Assembly: GCF_009914755.1 (NCBI RefSeq)
Contig: NC_060935.1
DNA from: the human T2T-CHM13v2.0 reference genome, Homo sapiens
DNA: 64,000 nt
Reading direction: 5' to 3' (one strand)
Positions 44,618-58,029 of the stretch are shown here, in pieces. Within the stretch, counting starts at the first letter, position 1, and each line of letters opens with the position of its first letter. The notes under the pieces are model-generated. The model was not told the DNA's origin. It worked only from the letters and a program-made list of their open reading frames with translations, and ran no database searches. Position numbers and translations under genes: made by a program.

Positions 44618-45491
44618 TATTCTGCTATTTTTATGGAATACTATTTCATCGGTATTTTTCCATGTTATCATCTGCACATCAAAAATGTGATTTTTAATTA
44701 TAGGTATATATAAAAATTTATTTTGCCATTTCTATATTTATCTTGTTTCAAACTTTTCACTATTATAGTTAGTGCTTTCATGAAAATGCTTGTGTATAAA
44801 TCTTGGAGCCTGCCTTGAAATTTGTCTTAGGATAAATTCTAAAGGTAGAGTTGTTAAGACAAAGGATATGCCAGTTTAAAATTATTTGACGTGTACATTG
44901 CTCTTTACAAAGATTGCATTGTTTTATATTCTAACAGTTCTGGGAATTCTGTTTGCCCACAAAATTGAAGATTCAAAGTAACCATTCATTACATTTTTTT
45001 TCAATTTGATAAGTGTAAAATGGTGTCTTATCGTTTTATTGTTTTAGTGCTTTAATAATCTAAATTCACTTTCTATCTACATTTAATTTTGCCTTATTTT
45101 TATTGTTTGTATTTTGGCTACAGGATAGTAAATTTATTTTATAAATATTTAAATAGGTGTGTTACATGCTGTGACAAGAGAAGCTCATTAATATTTAAAT
45201 ATATTCTTTTGACACTTTACTAATTCATAACATACCACCTTTTTTTGAAGCTGATATGCTGGATGATTAAACTTCTAGTATTGTAACAAAATTATTGCTC
45301 AATGAAAAACTTCAAAATAGTATGTATAAGGCATTTTTGCTAAATTAAATCTAAATGTGCTTAAAGATCACCATATTACTGCTGACATACATTTTTAAGT
45401 GTATTACATGAAATCATTATAATATTATATGAGACTCTTTTCCTCTAATTAGTCTTTTCCATGTCAAAATATGTCCATTGACATTTTTCAG

Positions 45492-45607
45492 TGCTGTCAA
45501 GGTAGATTGTTTAAATATTAATTGCAACCCTGTGAAGACTGTGATTGATGATCTCATCCAGAAGTTATTTGATCTGCTTGTTCTTTCTTTGAAGAAGTCC
45601 ATACAGG
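45492..45607 (+). CDS. DYNC2H1: Exon 19 (116 nt), AVKVD...KKSIQ
   Basis: ttcag|TGC ... CAGG|gtaaat. Confidence 0.95.
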
Positions 45608-46209
45608 GTAAATACACATTTTAATTTTTATTTTTACTTAATTTGATATGTAGAAGCATGTACTTTGATAGTTATAAAATGTGAATTTCAATGATCATTA
45701 AAAACCAAAACTGAACTAATTTAAAAAAAGCAGGAAAAGTCCATATTCAATCATTAGGAGGTCTAATGAAGACATCTTTATTATTTGCAGTCTGAGCTAG
45801 TATTAGATTGTTGCATATGTAGCTGAGAAAGGTAGATAATTCTGATATAATGTATTTCTGCTTATCTCCTCAAATGACAAAGTATTTTTCAAAATACCAC
45901 AGTTTCTTCTTTTTCTTTAAAACTGAGATGTTTTAGTATGTTGTATAAAAGACGAAAAATGCAGTAATGCATTTTAAGCTTTTCTTAAAATTTTTAAATA
46001 CAACGTGAAACAACTAAACTTTCATGGGAAGAAATTTCTTTGCTTATTCCACATCTTGAAATTTTGTTTTATGAAAGCAAATGATAATTTAGAACTTATT
46101 GTATTCCATGTACTGATTACTTCTACCACCCCTTGATTTAGAAATTATGTAACTTAGTATTTTTGATGGTAATAATTAACATTTCTTGTATTTCAATGTT
46201 ACCACTCAG

Positions 46210-46337
46210 CTCATTTACATGAAATTGATACATTTGTTACTGAGGCTATGGAAGTCTTAACAATTATGCCCCAGTCTGTGGAAGAAATTGGTGATGCAAA
46301 TCTACAATATAGTAAGTTACAAGAACGGAAGCCAGAG
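46210..46337 (+). CDS. DYNC2H1: Exon 20 (128 nt), HLHEI...ERKPE
   Basis: ctcag|CTC ... GAG|gtgaga. Confidence 0.95.
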
Positions 46338-46496
46338 GTGAGAATCACAAAGTAAAATTATTATTATTACTTTTTACTGCATGGAAAATGTTTAAATTAG
46401 GTAATTTTATGTCATTATTTACAAATATATAATGTCAACATTATAAGGAGGTCCACAATAGTCTGGCTTACCTGGTTAGCTCATGATTAGACTCTT

Positions 46497-46857
<361 letters not shown>

Positions 46858-47399
46858 TCAGATCTATTTGAAGTCTATTTTATGATGTGGCATATTAGAG
46901 TAAGAGTAAACTTAAATAATTCATACTATTACCTTTAGAGTTATAACTTTAGGATGCAAAAGTATGAAGTTAAGAGCTAAACTAGGAGTACACATATACA
47001 CATACATACATAATGGAAGAGCTCATAATTAAATACAAAGGAGAATGGTAAAGATTCATAAAAAACTATCCAGAAGGCTAGAGCCCAGAATAGACAAGCC
47101 AAAGTTTTATAACATATTATAGAGATTTTAGTTATGTTTGGAGCAAGAAGGAGAAATAATTCAAATTAGTGTACAAACTTATGTGCCCCCACTTAAAATT
47201 ATAAAGAGAGATTCAAGGTGAATAAAATAACATACCACTGCAGTGGAAAGAATTACAGACTTTTATGTGATAGACTTAAAGGTATTAAAGAGGGTTTAAA
47301 GGTGAATAAAATAATGTATCCGTCTAGTAGAAGGAATTAACTAAAATAGGAATGGTTATGAGCTGTGGCAGTTAGCAGAGACATTTGACTGATATGTAT

Positions 47400-48400
47400 G
47401 GATCACTTGATGTATTCCAGGCATTGTACTAGGAGTTGGGGATGCAGCTGTGAACATATTCTATTCTCATGGAACATACACGTGTGTGCGTGTGTGTGTG
47501 TGTGAGAGAGAGTGAGCAAAAGAGGATTGAGAGAGAGAGAGAGAGGGAGGAGAGAAGTGAGGATGAGTATGCTCAACTAGGGGTTATTACTTAGGGTGGG
47601 TGATCATGGGATATCTTCTCAGAAAGATGACATTTGAGCTGAGATCTGAAAGATAAGAAAGAGCCAGCCATTCTGAGATTTGGGGACAGATCATTCCAAA
47701 AACAATGAATAGCATGTACAAAGATCTTAAGGTAGAGAAGGAGCTTGGTATGCTTAAGGAACAGATAGATGTAAACAGTATCAAGAGAGTTAATTATTAA
47801 AAGAGCATAGTATTCAAGGAAGAGAATGGTATGAGGTGCAATTGGAAAGAGAGGCAAGGGCCAGATTACGAAGATGCTTTTAGAAATTGTAAGAAGTTCG
47901 TATTTTATTCTGAGTGTAATAAGAAAGTCTTTAGAGGGCTTTAAGTGGTGGAGTGACACAACGTCTCTGACATTTTGAAGTGATGACTCTAGATGCTCTG
48001 TGGAAAATGAATTGGAGGGAGACAATAGTGGTGGACAGGCCAGTTAGTAGGATATTACAATATGATAGACGAGATGATGGAAGCTTGTATCATGTAGTGG
48101 TAGTGGAGATAGAACTATATCTCCACTGATTGATGATGTATAGGGGTGGGTGTGGTTAGAGGAAGATAAATCAAAATGTCTCTTAGGAGTTTGGCTTGAG
48201 CAGCTGGGAAAATATTGGTGCCATTTCCTGAAATAGGGATGACTAGAGGAGCAACTGGAGTTTAGAAGTGGTGGAGACTGAGTTGTCTGGTAGAAATCAA
48301 ATGAGGATGTGGAATTTAGAGTAAAGGTAAGGACTACAAATACAAATTTTGAAGTCTTCTTTCTATCTATGATACTTAAGCCTTGGGATTGGCTTAGACC
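47400..48400 (-). mobile_element. L2 fragment containing a (GT)n(GA)n microsatellite at 47481-47555
   Basis: CCAGGCATTGTACTAGGAGTTGGGGAT...ACATTTGAGCTGAGATCTGAA...TTTGGCTTGAGCAGCTGG. Confidence 0.7.
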
Positions 48401-48874
48401 AACTGGTAGATAATAAACAAAGGGTGTAAGACCAGGCTTGAACTTTGCAAAATTTAGACTTCAAGCATAGGATGAGGAGCAAAGGACATAAATGGAGTGG
48501 GAGGAAAGACAAGAGATTGTAGTGTCACAAAAGCTAAAGGAGAGATTGATGTTGTTTGCTGGGAACAGCAAGCAATTAGGTATTATAAGAGGAAATATGT
48601 GAGGTAGGAAGTGACATGAGATAATAAAAGAACTAGGCAGAATCTTCATGTGAGCCATATCAGGGACCTTAGAATCTCATATTCTGTGGGCACTGGGGAG
48701 CTGTTGCTGGATTTTATATAGCAAAGTATTATATAATTCTCTTTTGGTATGTCTATTTGTTGGTATGTGGATTTGAGGGGTAGGACTGGAGGTAGGTAGA
48801 CTAGGAAACTATTGTGATATGTTTTACAGGCTAACTGGAGTTCCGTTCACGTGTAGAAAATTAAAATCCTGAGG

Positions 48875-49102
48875 TGTCCAATCATAGTTCACTGCAGCCT
48901 CAAACTCCTGGGCTCAAGCAGCGTTCCTGCTTCAGCCTCCTCAGTAGCTAGGAGTACAGGTGTGCACCACCATGCCCAGTTAATTTTTAAAATATATTTT
49001 TTTAGAGATGCGTTCTCACTATGTTGCTTAGGTTAATCTTAATCCCCTCGCCTCGGCCTCCCAAAGTGCTAGGATTACAGGTGTGAGCTGCCAGGCCTGC
49101 CC
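48875..49102 (-). mobile_element. Partial AluJ
   Basis: CACTGCAGCCTCAAACTCCTGGGCTCAAGC. Confidence 0.88.
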
Positions 49103-49855
49103 AATTCAGTTATATTTGAATTTCCTTTGTTGTCTGTTTTATTATATATGCATACTGATATTTAAAAATGTTTAAATGGATTTTATTGCTTTATTGAATA
49201 GTAAAAGTACAGATATTAATTATAGGATACTGTTGTTTTACAGAGCTTTAAAAGCCTTAGAGGCAATTCCAGCAGTTTAGCACCCATTGACCTACACCCA
49301 AACTGTTTAACAAACTGTTAGCTATATACAACTTAGGGCACTTCAGTTAAAAACCCTGAATGCATGAGCTTAATTTCACTTCTTTAGTTGTCTGTTTCTT
49401 AAGTACCTTTTTTCATGACTTTCCTTCTCTATTAAGTCGGATAATTTAGTTAACTTATGCTCTTAGATAATCACTAATTTTAGCTCCTTTAGAAACCTCT
49501 TTAGCATTTTCTTGTGAATGGACCATTTATAATAAGAACTTTACTTTGATAAACTGTAGTATTATCTTTATGGATTTCATTTAGTCTCATATTACTACTT
49601 TATCTTTTTTAACCTCTGATGTTAGAGTGCCTTAGTTGAATTTGTGTATAGTAAAAAATAACCATCAGAAAGTTTATATCCAGGAATTTTTTTCTGCCAA
49701 ATCAGAATATATAGGAATTTAACAAACTGTTTAAATGCAAAAATCTTAATTTAAAAAATAAAGTTATGAAACAAAAATTAAAATAAATGAAATCTTAAGA
49801 GATTTGATAAAATAGGTTGTTATTCAATTTGTTTTTTTTTTTTTTTAACCTTTAG

Positions 49856-50005
49856 ATTTTGCCCTTATTTCAAGAAGCTGAAGACAAAAACAGACTTTTA
49901 CGAACTGTGGCTGGTGGAGGTTTAGAAACAATTAGTAATTTGAAAGCCAAGTGGGATAAATTTGAGTTAATGATGGAAAGTCACCAACTTATGATTAAAG
50001 ACCAG
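49856..50005 (+). CDS. DYNC2H1: Exon 21 (150 nt), ILPLF...MIKDQ
   Basis: tttag|ATT ... CAG|gttaga. Confidence 0.95.
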
Positions 50006-51022
50006 GTTAGAATCTTTTAATTATTTATTAAAATGGGAACTTTTTTCTTACTTAAGATTTCTTGCTTATCTTTTATTCCTTTATAGCCCAGGTTTATAAT
50101 AATTTAATGTGGCTGTTGAAATTGACCTCCCTGACTACTTTTATAGTGAAATATATAAATGATGATTGTTTCACATGGTTTTTCTTTACTTCCTATCACA
50201 CCAAGAAGAAACCAATGTCTTTGAAATGTAACATTATTTGTAGGCCTGTGAATGAATCTGTTGCTTACCTACTATGTATGGCTTATTGCTGAAACTCATG
50301 TTTTCTTTAATTACTAAATTTATTAGGATATCAGTTTAACTACTCTAATGGAGACCCCAAAAATTGTAGCTTATGTTTCTGTCTCACATTAGACTATAAG
50401 CTGCTATGGTGCCTCTGCTTCATAACTTTGTCTGGGTCCTAGGTTTTGTCAATCTTTTTGTCTACCATCTCTAGCGTATTGTCCAGGATGGGTTATTCAG
50501 TTGCTGTGTAGTAGGGTTGGGAGAGAGAAAAGGAGAAAAAGGCAGCATCTGTCTTTTAAAGACACAACCTGGAAGTTGCACATATCTACTGCACTCATAT
50601 TTTATCAACCAGAAGTTAGCCTTAGGGCCCAGTCCTTAGCTGCATGGGAGACTGGGCAATGCCTTCCTTAATTTAGCAGCTATATACTCAGGTAGAACAA
50701 TCAGCAGTCATCAAACAAACATTTTTAAATTATCTTACCTTTGTTGTTAGTTGTACTAGGTGCGGTTAACCACATGAACGATTTTTAAATGATTTTATTT
50801 GAATGTTATCTCTTGTTATTATAAATTTATGGTCTAATTTATATGTTTGAATTATTTTATTGAACTTGGAATTAATAATTAAAATAACAACCATCCTTTG
50901 AAAAGTTGACATTGGTCATTGATATTTTTTCACTTTTAAATAGAAAATATTAGAAAGAAAAGTATGAACCCAAAATGAAATTTTACTCTGCATTAAATTA
51001 TTTAAATTTTATTGGCTTATAG

Positions 51023-51228
51023 ATTGAAGTGATGAAAGGAAATGTGAAATCACGTCTTCAGATCTATTATCAAGAACTGGAAAAATTTAAAGCTCGTTGG
51101 GACCAACTAAAGCCTGGTGATGATGTTATTGAAACTGGCCAACATAATACTCTTGATAAAAGTGCAAAGTTAATAAAAGAGAAAAAAATTGAGTTTGATG
51201 ATCTTGAAGTCACAAGAAAAAAGCTGGT
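51023..51228 (+). CDS. DYNC2H1: Exon 22 (206 nt), IEVMK...TRKKL
   Basis: tatag|ATT ... CTGGT|gtatgt; phase fixed by exon 23. Confidence 0.94.
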
Positions 51229-52168
51229 GTATGTTTTTTCTTTAAAATTGATAGTGCTTATTTTGAAAAAACAATTTATATATCAAGCTAGTAATTTTCT
51301 TATGTCTGTTATCTTGATAACTTTCCTCATAAACTTCATCACTTTTTAAACTACAAATAATAAGCATTCATATACTGTTGTCTTAGGAGTCATAGTTGTG
51401 TTATATAAGGATATTAAGAGAAAGCAAATTTCAAGAAAGGCCTAGAAGATAGATTTACCTAGAAGTTATATCAGGGTTAGAACTGTCACTTTCTTTGAAC
51501 TTATCCTATTTAAAAATGAAATATATATAATTTTCAGAAAAATTACTTTTAGTGCCTCTGAGAAAAAAATAAATCTAGCATAATAAGTAATAATAAAAAA
51601 CTTCAAAGAAAAAAATGAGTTGTTGGCTTATAATAATATAAAGTATTAAATTTGAGCACTGCTTTAGGTTTGTTCTATTTAAGTAGATGCTTTCATAAAT
51701 GAGTGGAGTGAGTCAATTTTGTTACCATAATTACTAAATGGCATTATACTGATTAGATTAAGGATATCTTATACTCTAGAAGCTTGCCCTTTCAACTGAG
51801 AAGAGTATTCTTTTCCCAGATCAATCTGTAGATTTATACAATCTTGAATATTTACATATATATAATATGTATTACGTACATATAAATCTCTCTATATTAC
51901 CAACTCAGTTTTGACTTCTTTGGAAAAAATGTATATTAATGAATTTATAGAGTTCATATATGAGTAGGTAAAGTAAAATTCTCATAGTAAATAGGTAGTT
52001 TCTTAATGTTCTTATTGTAGTTTCTTATTGTTTCTTATTGTATATCTATTAAACATACACAAGTGTGTGTACACACATACAAGGATTGCAGTTAAGTAAC
52101 TTAATGATACTTAACAGTATCAATATTTCTGTTTTTAAAATTTAATATTTCAATATTTGTTTCTATAG

Positions 52169-52324
52169 TGATGATTGCCATCATTTTAGACTGGAAGAGC
52201 CTAATTTCTCCCTGGCAAGTAGTATCTCTAAAGATATCGAGAGCTGTGCCCAAATTTGGGCCTTTTATGAAGAGTTTCAACAAGGATTTCAGGAAATGGC
52301 CAATGAAGACTGGATCACTTTTCG
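52169..52324 (+). CDS. DYNC2H1: Exon 23 (156 nt), DDCHH...DWITF
   Basis: tatag|TGA ... TTCG|gtttga. Confidence 0.94.
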
Positions 52325-52412
52325 GTTTGATTCAAAAACAATATTTAGACTAATAATTTGGTTGTTTTATTTTTGGATGTAATCTTTGCAATGTGTTTTT
52401 GGTATTTTATAG

Positions 52413-52527
52413 GACTAAGACATACCTGTTTGAGGAATTTTTGATGAACTGGCATGACAGATTAAGGAAGGTTGAAGAACATTCAGTGATGACAGTGAAA
52501 TTACAATCAGAGGTTGACAAATATAAA
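52413..52527 (+). CDS. DYNC2H1: Exon 24 (115 nt), TKTYL...VDKYK
   Basis: tatag|GAC ... AAA|gtaaga; preceded by an 88-nt intron. Confidence 0.95.
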
Positions 52528-53047
52528 GTAAGATTGTTTTATTATTTTGCCAATTAAAAACAATGTTTGGAGCTTTCATCTTATGTAGTGACTGAACTAT
52601 ATAATTTTACTTTATATGTTTTTCAATTAAATTATTCCGTTTGATGAAGAAAATAGGAAATACAGAGTAAACCATAGAAATTATTGATATTTCTACTACC
52701 AATGAGAAAGAAGTTATAAGAAATTTATGTTAAAGTTAAAAAACAGAGTGCTTATACATTCCAGTCCATCATGGGTCCTATCCTATAATAATAAAAATAG
52801 AAATAGTCTATGCCATGTTTTAAAATATATTAAACTACAAAGGGTAATTTGTGTGTGTCCATGGCAACATTTAATCAAAAGCTTTATACAATTCTGTTTA
52901 AGAATATGATTTTAAGATTATTAAACAAGAAAATGGAATAATTAAAATTTTGGTAACTAATAAGCATAAAAGTAAATACTAATTTGCATTTTGCTAATAT
53001 ATGTATATGTGTATACATATGACTTTTTCTTTTTTTTTTTGTAACAG

Positions 53048-53218
53048 ATCGTAATTCCTATCTTGAAATATGTGAGAGGGGAGCATCTTTCTCCAGATCA
53101 CTGGCTTGACCTTTTTCGTCTCCTTGGACTTCCTAGGGGGACTAGTCTAGAGAAACTACTGTTTGGTGATTTGCTCAGAGTAGCTGATACAATTGTAGCC
53201 AAAGCTGCCGACCTTAAA
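53048..53218 (+). CDS. DYNC2H1: Exon 25 (171 nt), IVIPI...AADLK
   Basis: aacag|ATC ... AAA|gtatga. Confidence 0.95.
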
Positions 53219-54104
53219 GTATGAATCACTTTTATAAATATCCCATAAGTCTGGCCTTTTTTAATATACAATATTGCTTCATATTTTGTTTAAATACAAA
53301 AAAAGTCTTCCTTTAAGGGAATCAGCTTTCATCAAAAAGTAAACAAACACAAATCATTTTACATAAAATACATAAAAAATTATGTGATATGTTACACATA
53401 AAAGCTAGAGGATACACAAATCCAGAGAGCTAAGCCAAGAATCAGTTTGCTAATCACTTTTAGAAAAGCTCTCAGGTAAAAGTAAAAGTTGTCACAATTT
53501 ATTACAAGTGACAGACTTTTAGTGTTGCATTCTGGCCGTTCAAAATTATAAGGACTCTTGATATCAAATTGTTTTATTTCCTATCCCAGAAATAAACCTC
53601 TGTGTTTGTTAATAACCCTGGAATGTTTTTAAATAATCTTGAGAAGTTATGAAGCATGACTGTTGCAGAAGATAACTCTAGTGGATTGTTAATCATTTTA
53701 GATGTATCAGAATCTACAATAAGATTACAGTATAATTTCTGAATTTCTTTTGTTCCAAATATTGGCCTTTTGGTCTGTAAAACTTTAAATAAACCAAACT
53801 AGTTTTGTCTTTTGTGATGGATGCTTTAATTTTTTGCTTTTCTTTTAGAGAGGTAAAAAGCATAAGGCAGAACTTTGTATATATTTTGACCATGTGAACC
53901 AGGATACTTAGTATCTTACATGCTTTGATAAAATAACCAGTAATTTTCTTGAGTTGCATGTAAAATAGAGCCACTTAACTTTTTTTTTTTTGCCTTATGG
54001 TGAAAAGCCAGATAAAATATATTTTTCATAAAATACTTTTCTATTAATTACTTATGTGAAAATTAATGTTGAAGTAATAAACATGGATATTTTGTGTTAA
54101 ATAG

Positions 54105-54487
54105 GATTTAAATAGTCGGGCACAAGGTGAAGTTACAATCAGAGAAGCTTTACGTGAACTTGATCTTTGGGGAGTTGGAGCAGTGTTTACATTAATTGAT
54201 TATGAAGACAGCCAAAGTCGAACTATGAAGCTGATTAAAGACTGGAAAGATATAGTAAATCAGGTTGGAGATAATAGATGCCTTCTCCAATCCTTAAAGG
54301 ATTCTCCTTATTATAAAGGATTTGAAGATAAAGTATCAATTTGGGAAAGAAAACTTGCAGAGTTAGATGAATACCTGCAGAATTTAAATCATATTCAGAG
54401 AAAGTGGGTGTATTTGGAACCCATTTTCGGCCGTGGAGCATTGCCAAAAGAACAGACACGCTTCAACAGAGTTGATGAAGATTTTAG
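54105..54487 (+). CDS. DYNC2H1: Exon 26 (383 nt), DLNSR...VDEDF; linker motif QRKWVYLEPIF
   Basis: aatag|GAT ... TTTAG|gtcagt. Confidence 0.97.
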
Positions 54488-54789
54488 GTCAGTACAATGA
54501 TGTAAGACATAGACACATATGGTATTTTTTTTAAATTAATTCATATTGTGAAGTGCTTAATACAGGCAAATTACTTTTACATGATTGGTATCCTCTGTGT
54601 ATTCAAATTCTTTCCTAGTGGATCCTTTTGAGAAGCTATTCTCTCATTCAAGCATTTACTTCTTGAACCATTATGGTGTGGTCTCTGTTATTACCACTCT
54701 ACCTAATAATACATACTTCATAAAATCACTAATTACTTTCTCTTTTAAATTCAAAAGGCATTTTCAATTTTTATTTTACTTTATCTCTC

Positions 54790-55860
54790 ATTAGTATTTA
54801 ATAGAGTTGAGCATTTCTTCTTTCTTAGAAAGTCTCTTCCATTGGCTTCTGTGATTTCGTCCTCTCTTGGTTTTCTGACTGTCTCTCTAGTTCAACACAT
54901 AGTTCCTAGTCCTTAGCTGTCTCCAAATCTTTAGATGTAGTCATTCTCCAGGCCTCAGCCTTCGATTTTTTTCTCACTGTATTCTCAGGTAATCTTAACC
55001 ACTGCCAGCATCAGTTCTCTTTTATATGCTGAGGTCTCCTCAACTTACATGTACAGCCCATATTTCTCTTCTGAGCTCCAAATCTACCAAACATGCTCAA
55101 ATAGTAGGCTAAAACTGAATCCATGAGCTTAATTTACCAGTTCCTTTCCAACAAATCTTTCTTCTTTCTGATTCCTATTTCAATAAATGGCCCAACCTAA
55201 TTGCTGAAAGCAGAGACATGATGGATAACTTTGATATCTCCCTCTTCCTCCACTTTTACATACATTAAGTTGCCAAATTTTGTTGATTCTAACCTGCTTA
55301 GTATATCTTGAGCCAAATACCTGTACAGAAGTATATCTGTACTTCTATTCTAATGTTCTGTATCTCTTACTTGGACTACGCACATTAACCTTCTGACTTG
55401 CTCTTGTATAATATAAGTTTTTCACACAACAGCCAGAGTAATTGTTTAAAAATGCAGGTTCAGCACTTTCTTTTACTCCTGTAAATAAAACTTTAAAATA
55501 GTTTCCCATTGTGCTAGGGATAAAGCATGATCTGCTCCTTGTTCATTTCTCTATCCTTTTCTTGTGCTGCTCTCCATTTTGCTTTAGTGACTCTAGCTTT
55601 TAGTTTCTCGGTCATACCTATCTTCTTCCCAGAATCTTTGCCAGAAACGTCTTCTACTCACTCACTTTTTCATTTTATTCTTCATCTGCATATCAATTTA
55701 AATTACTTCCTTAAAGAAGTCCTAGGTTATGGGTTGCCCTGTTAGCCATTTTAACAATACTTTACTTTTCCTTTTTAACATTTATCACAATTTTATTTAA
55801 ATATTTCTAGAAATTATTTGATGTCTTTTGCTGTCACTGGACCATTAGCTCTATGAGGTA
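54790..55860 (+). mobile_element. L2 fragment
   Basis: Pyrimidine-rich CTCTTCTGAGCTCCA, CACACAACAGCCAGAGTAAT, TTCCCATTGTGCT. Confidence 0.6.
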
Positions 55861-55882
55861 GGGCTTAAAATTAGCTTAGCAA

Positions 55883-56175
55883 GGCTGGGCATGGTGGCTC
55901 ACGCCTGTAATCCCAGCACTTTGGGAGGCCGAGGCGGGCGGATCACGAGGTCAGGAGATCGAGACCATCGTGGCTAACACGGTGAAACCCCGTCTCTACT
56001 AAAATATACAAAAAAATTAGCTAGGCGCGGTGGCGGGTGCCTGTATTCCCAGCTACTTGGGAGGCTGAGGCAGGTGAATGTCAGGAACCCAGGAGGCGGA
56101 GTTTGCAGTGAGCAGAGATTGCGCCACTGCACTCCAGCCTGGGAGACAGAGCGAGACTCCATCTCAAAAAATAAA
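55883..56175 (+). mobile_element. AluY with perfect 16-bp TSD
   Basis: GGATCACGAGGTCAGGAGATCGAGACCATC; TSD AAAATTAGCTTAGCAA at 55867-55882 and 56176-56191. Confidence 0.96.
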
Positions 56176-56393
56176 AAAATTAGCTTAGCAAATGAAATAT
56201 ATAAGATAATTTAAAATATAAGAAGTTAAAAATGATAGTGTGATATTAATATTTAACATTCCTAGAGGTGTAATACTGTTATAATAGTGTTACCTTTAGT
56301 TCATTTTAAGCAGGTAAAAAAAGTCTTAATCTGTTTTTCTTACCCCCCCAAATTGTTAAAATAGATGTGAAGATACTTTTTTTTCTTTTGTAG

Positions 56394-56526
56394 ATCAATA
56401 ATGACTGATATCAAGAAAGACAATAGAGTCACAACATTAACTACTCATGCTGGAATAAGAAATTCTCTACTAACAATACTTGATCAGCTTCAAAGATGTC
56501 AGAGATCATTAAATGAATTTTTGGAG
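56394..56526 (+). CDS. DYNC2H1: Exon 27 (133 nt), SIMTD...NEFLE; GC donor
   Basis: tgtag|ATC ... GAG|gcatgt; only this donor gives the conserved [14 protein letters not shown] join. Confidence 0.93.
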
Positions 56527-56626
56527 GCATGTTTTTTAAGAAAAAAATATATAATAAATTGTAAAGTACTTGATATCTTAATTATCTGAAAAAAAGAAAG
56601 CTATTTTTTGTTTCTATTTTTATTAG

Positions 56627-56744
56627 GAAAAACGCTCAGCATTCCCAAGATTTTATTTTATTGGTGATGATGACTTATTAGAAATATTGGGCCAGTCTAC
56701 CAACCCATCAGTGATTCAGTCTCACCTGAAGAAGCTTTTTGCTG
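56627..56744 (+). CDS. DYNC2H1: Exon 28 (118 nt), [11 protein letters not shown]...KKLFA
   Basis: attag|GAA ... GCTG|gtagga. Confidence 0.96.
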
Positions 56745-56749
56745 GTAGG

Positions 56750-57290
56750 ATTCAACATTTATTTAACAGATATTTATTGAGTTTCAACTGTCTGCCAGGC
56801 CTAATATTATGCTCTTAGGTAGACTACTGAATACAGCAGTCAGTTCATATACCCAAATACAGTTCCTGTACCCAAAGAATGTACAGTTTAATGGGAGAGA
56901 CAAGGTTGTAAGTTGACAAATATAATACAGTGTGACAATTCTGGTGATTGACATAAGTATGTGGTGCTATAGGTCCATCTGTGAGGGCATTTAGCTCAGT
57001 TTTAGGGCATCATGAAGTAAGTGACATCTAGGGCGATATCTGAAGAATGTATAGGCCTTAGTTAGAAAAAGGCAGGCAGGCAGTGGGTATAGGCTGTGCA
57101 AAGGCCTGTAGTGAAGGAGAATATGCCTCTTCCTTATAGAGTTTAAGGTGTCCTGAATGACATACAGGTGGAGATACTCCATAGGCAGTTATTGTCAGTG
57201 AAGAGACCTAGGTGAGAATGTAGGAGTCATCCATATAGAAATAATAGTAAGCTATGGGAACAGGTGAGATTACTTGGGGGAAAACTGTAA
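56750..57290 (-). mobile_element. L2 fragment starting just after the exon 28 donor
   Basis: ATTCAACATTTATTTAACAGATATTTATTGAG..TGCCAGGC. Confidence 0.6.
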
Positions 57291-57519
57291 TGTCAAATGC
57301 TTTGATGTTGTAGAGTCACTTTAATGGGATACTTATTAGTGGCAAATGGAATAGGTTTATTACCAAAATAATGACTATTATTTTCTTAAAATACTTAATT
57401 TACTTGGAAAGCGCAAGCAAATGACTTCTTCTATAGAGCAAACAGCTCTATAGAAAAGAGCTGTATTTTTCAAATTAAATTTATGAAGTAAAATAATTTT
57501 CATCATTTTAACTAATAAT

Positions 57520-57742
57520 CAAGGATCAGCAAAATATAACCCATGGGCCAAAATCTGGCTCACTACTTGTTGTTTTTAAGTAAAGTTTTGTTGAAACATA
57601 ATCCTGCACGGTAGTTTATGTATTGTTGTCTATACCTTTCATGCTATGAATGCAGAGTTGAGTAGTTGACACTGACCATATGGTCCATTAGACTTAAAAT
57701 ATTTACTCTCTGGTCCTGTACAGAAATATTCATCAATTCCTG
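57520..57742. mobile_element. MER58A-like MITE
   Basis: CAGCAAA..CCCATGGGCCAAAATCTGGC..AAATATTTACTCTCTGGTCC. Confidence 0.75.
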
Positions 57743-58029
57743 TGTATCTGAAGCTTTAGGATGCTTATATTTGTAACTATGATTTGGGCAATGGGAAGTA
57801 GTAGAAAACAAACTCTTGCAATCAGAACCCTTTTATTCAACCAATTTCTCTATTGTTTATTAATTGGTTATCAAGTTACCTCTCTGAAATTTAGTTTTTT
57901 CTTTATATTGCAAATAATAATATAGTTTTTTTGTGAAGATCAAAATGACATAATATATTCAAGTTTTTTATATACTATAAAGTAATATGCAAATTTGGGG
58001 GAAAGGGAAGTCTTATTTGCCTTCAACAC

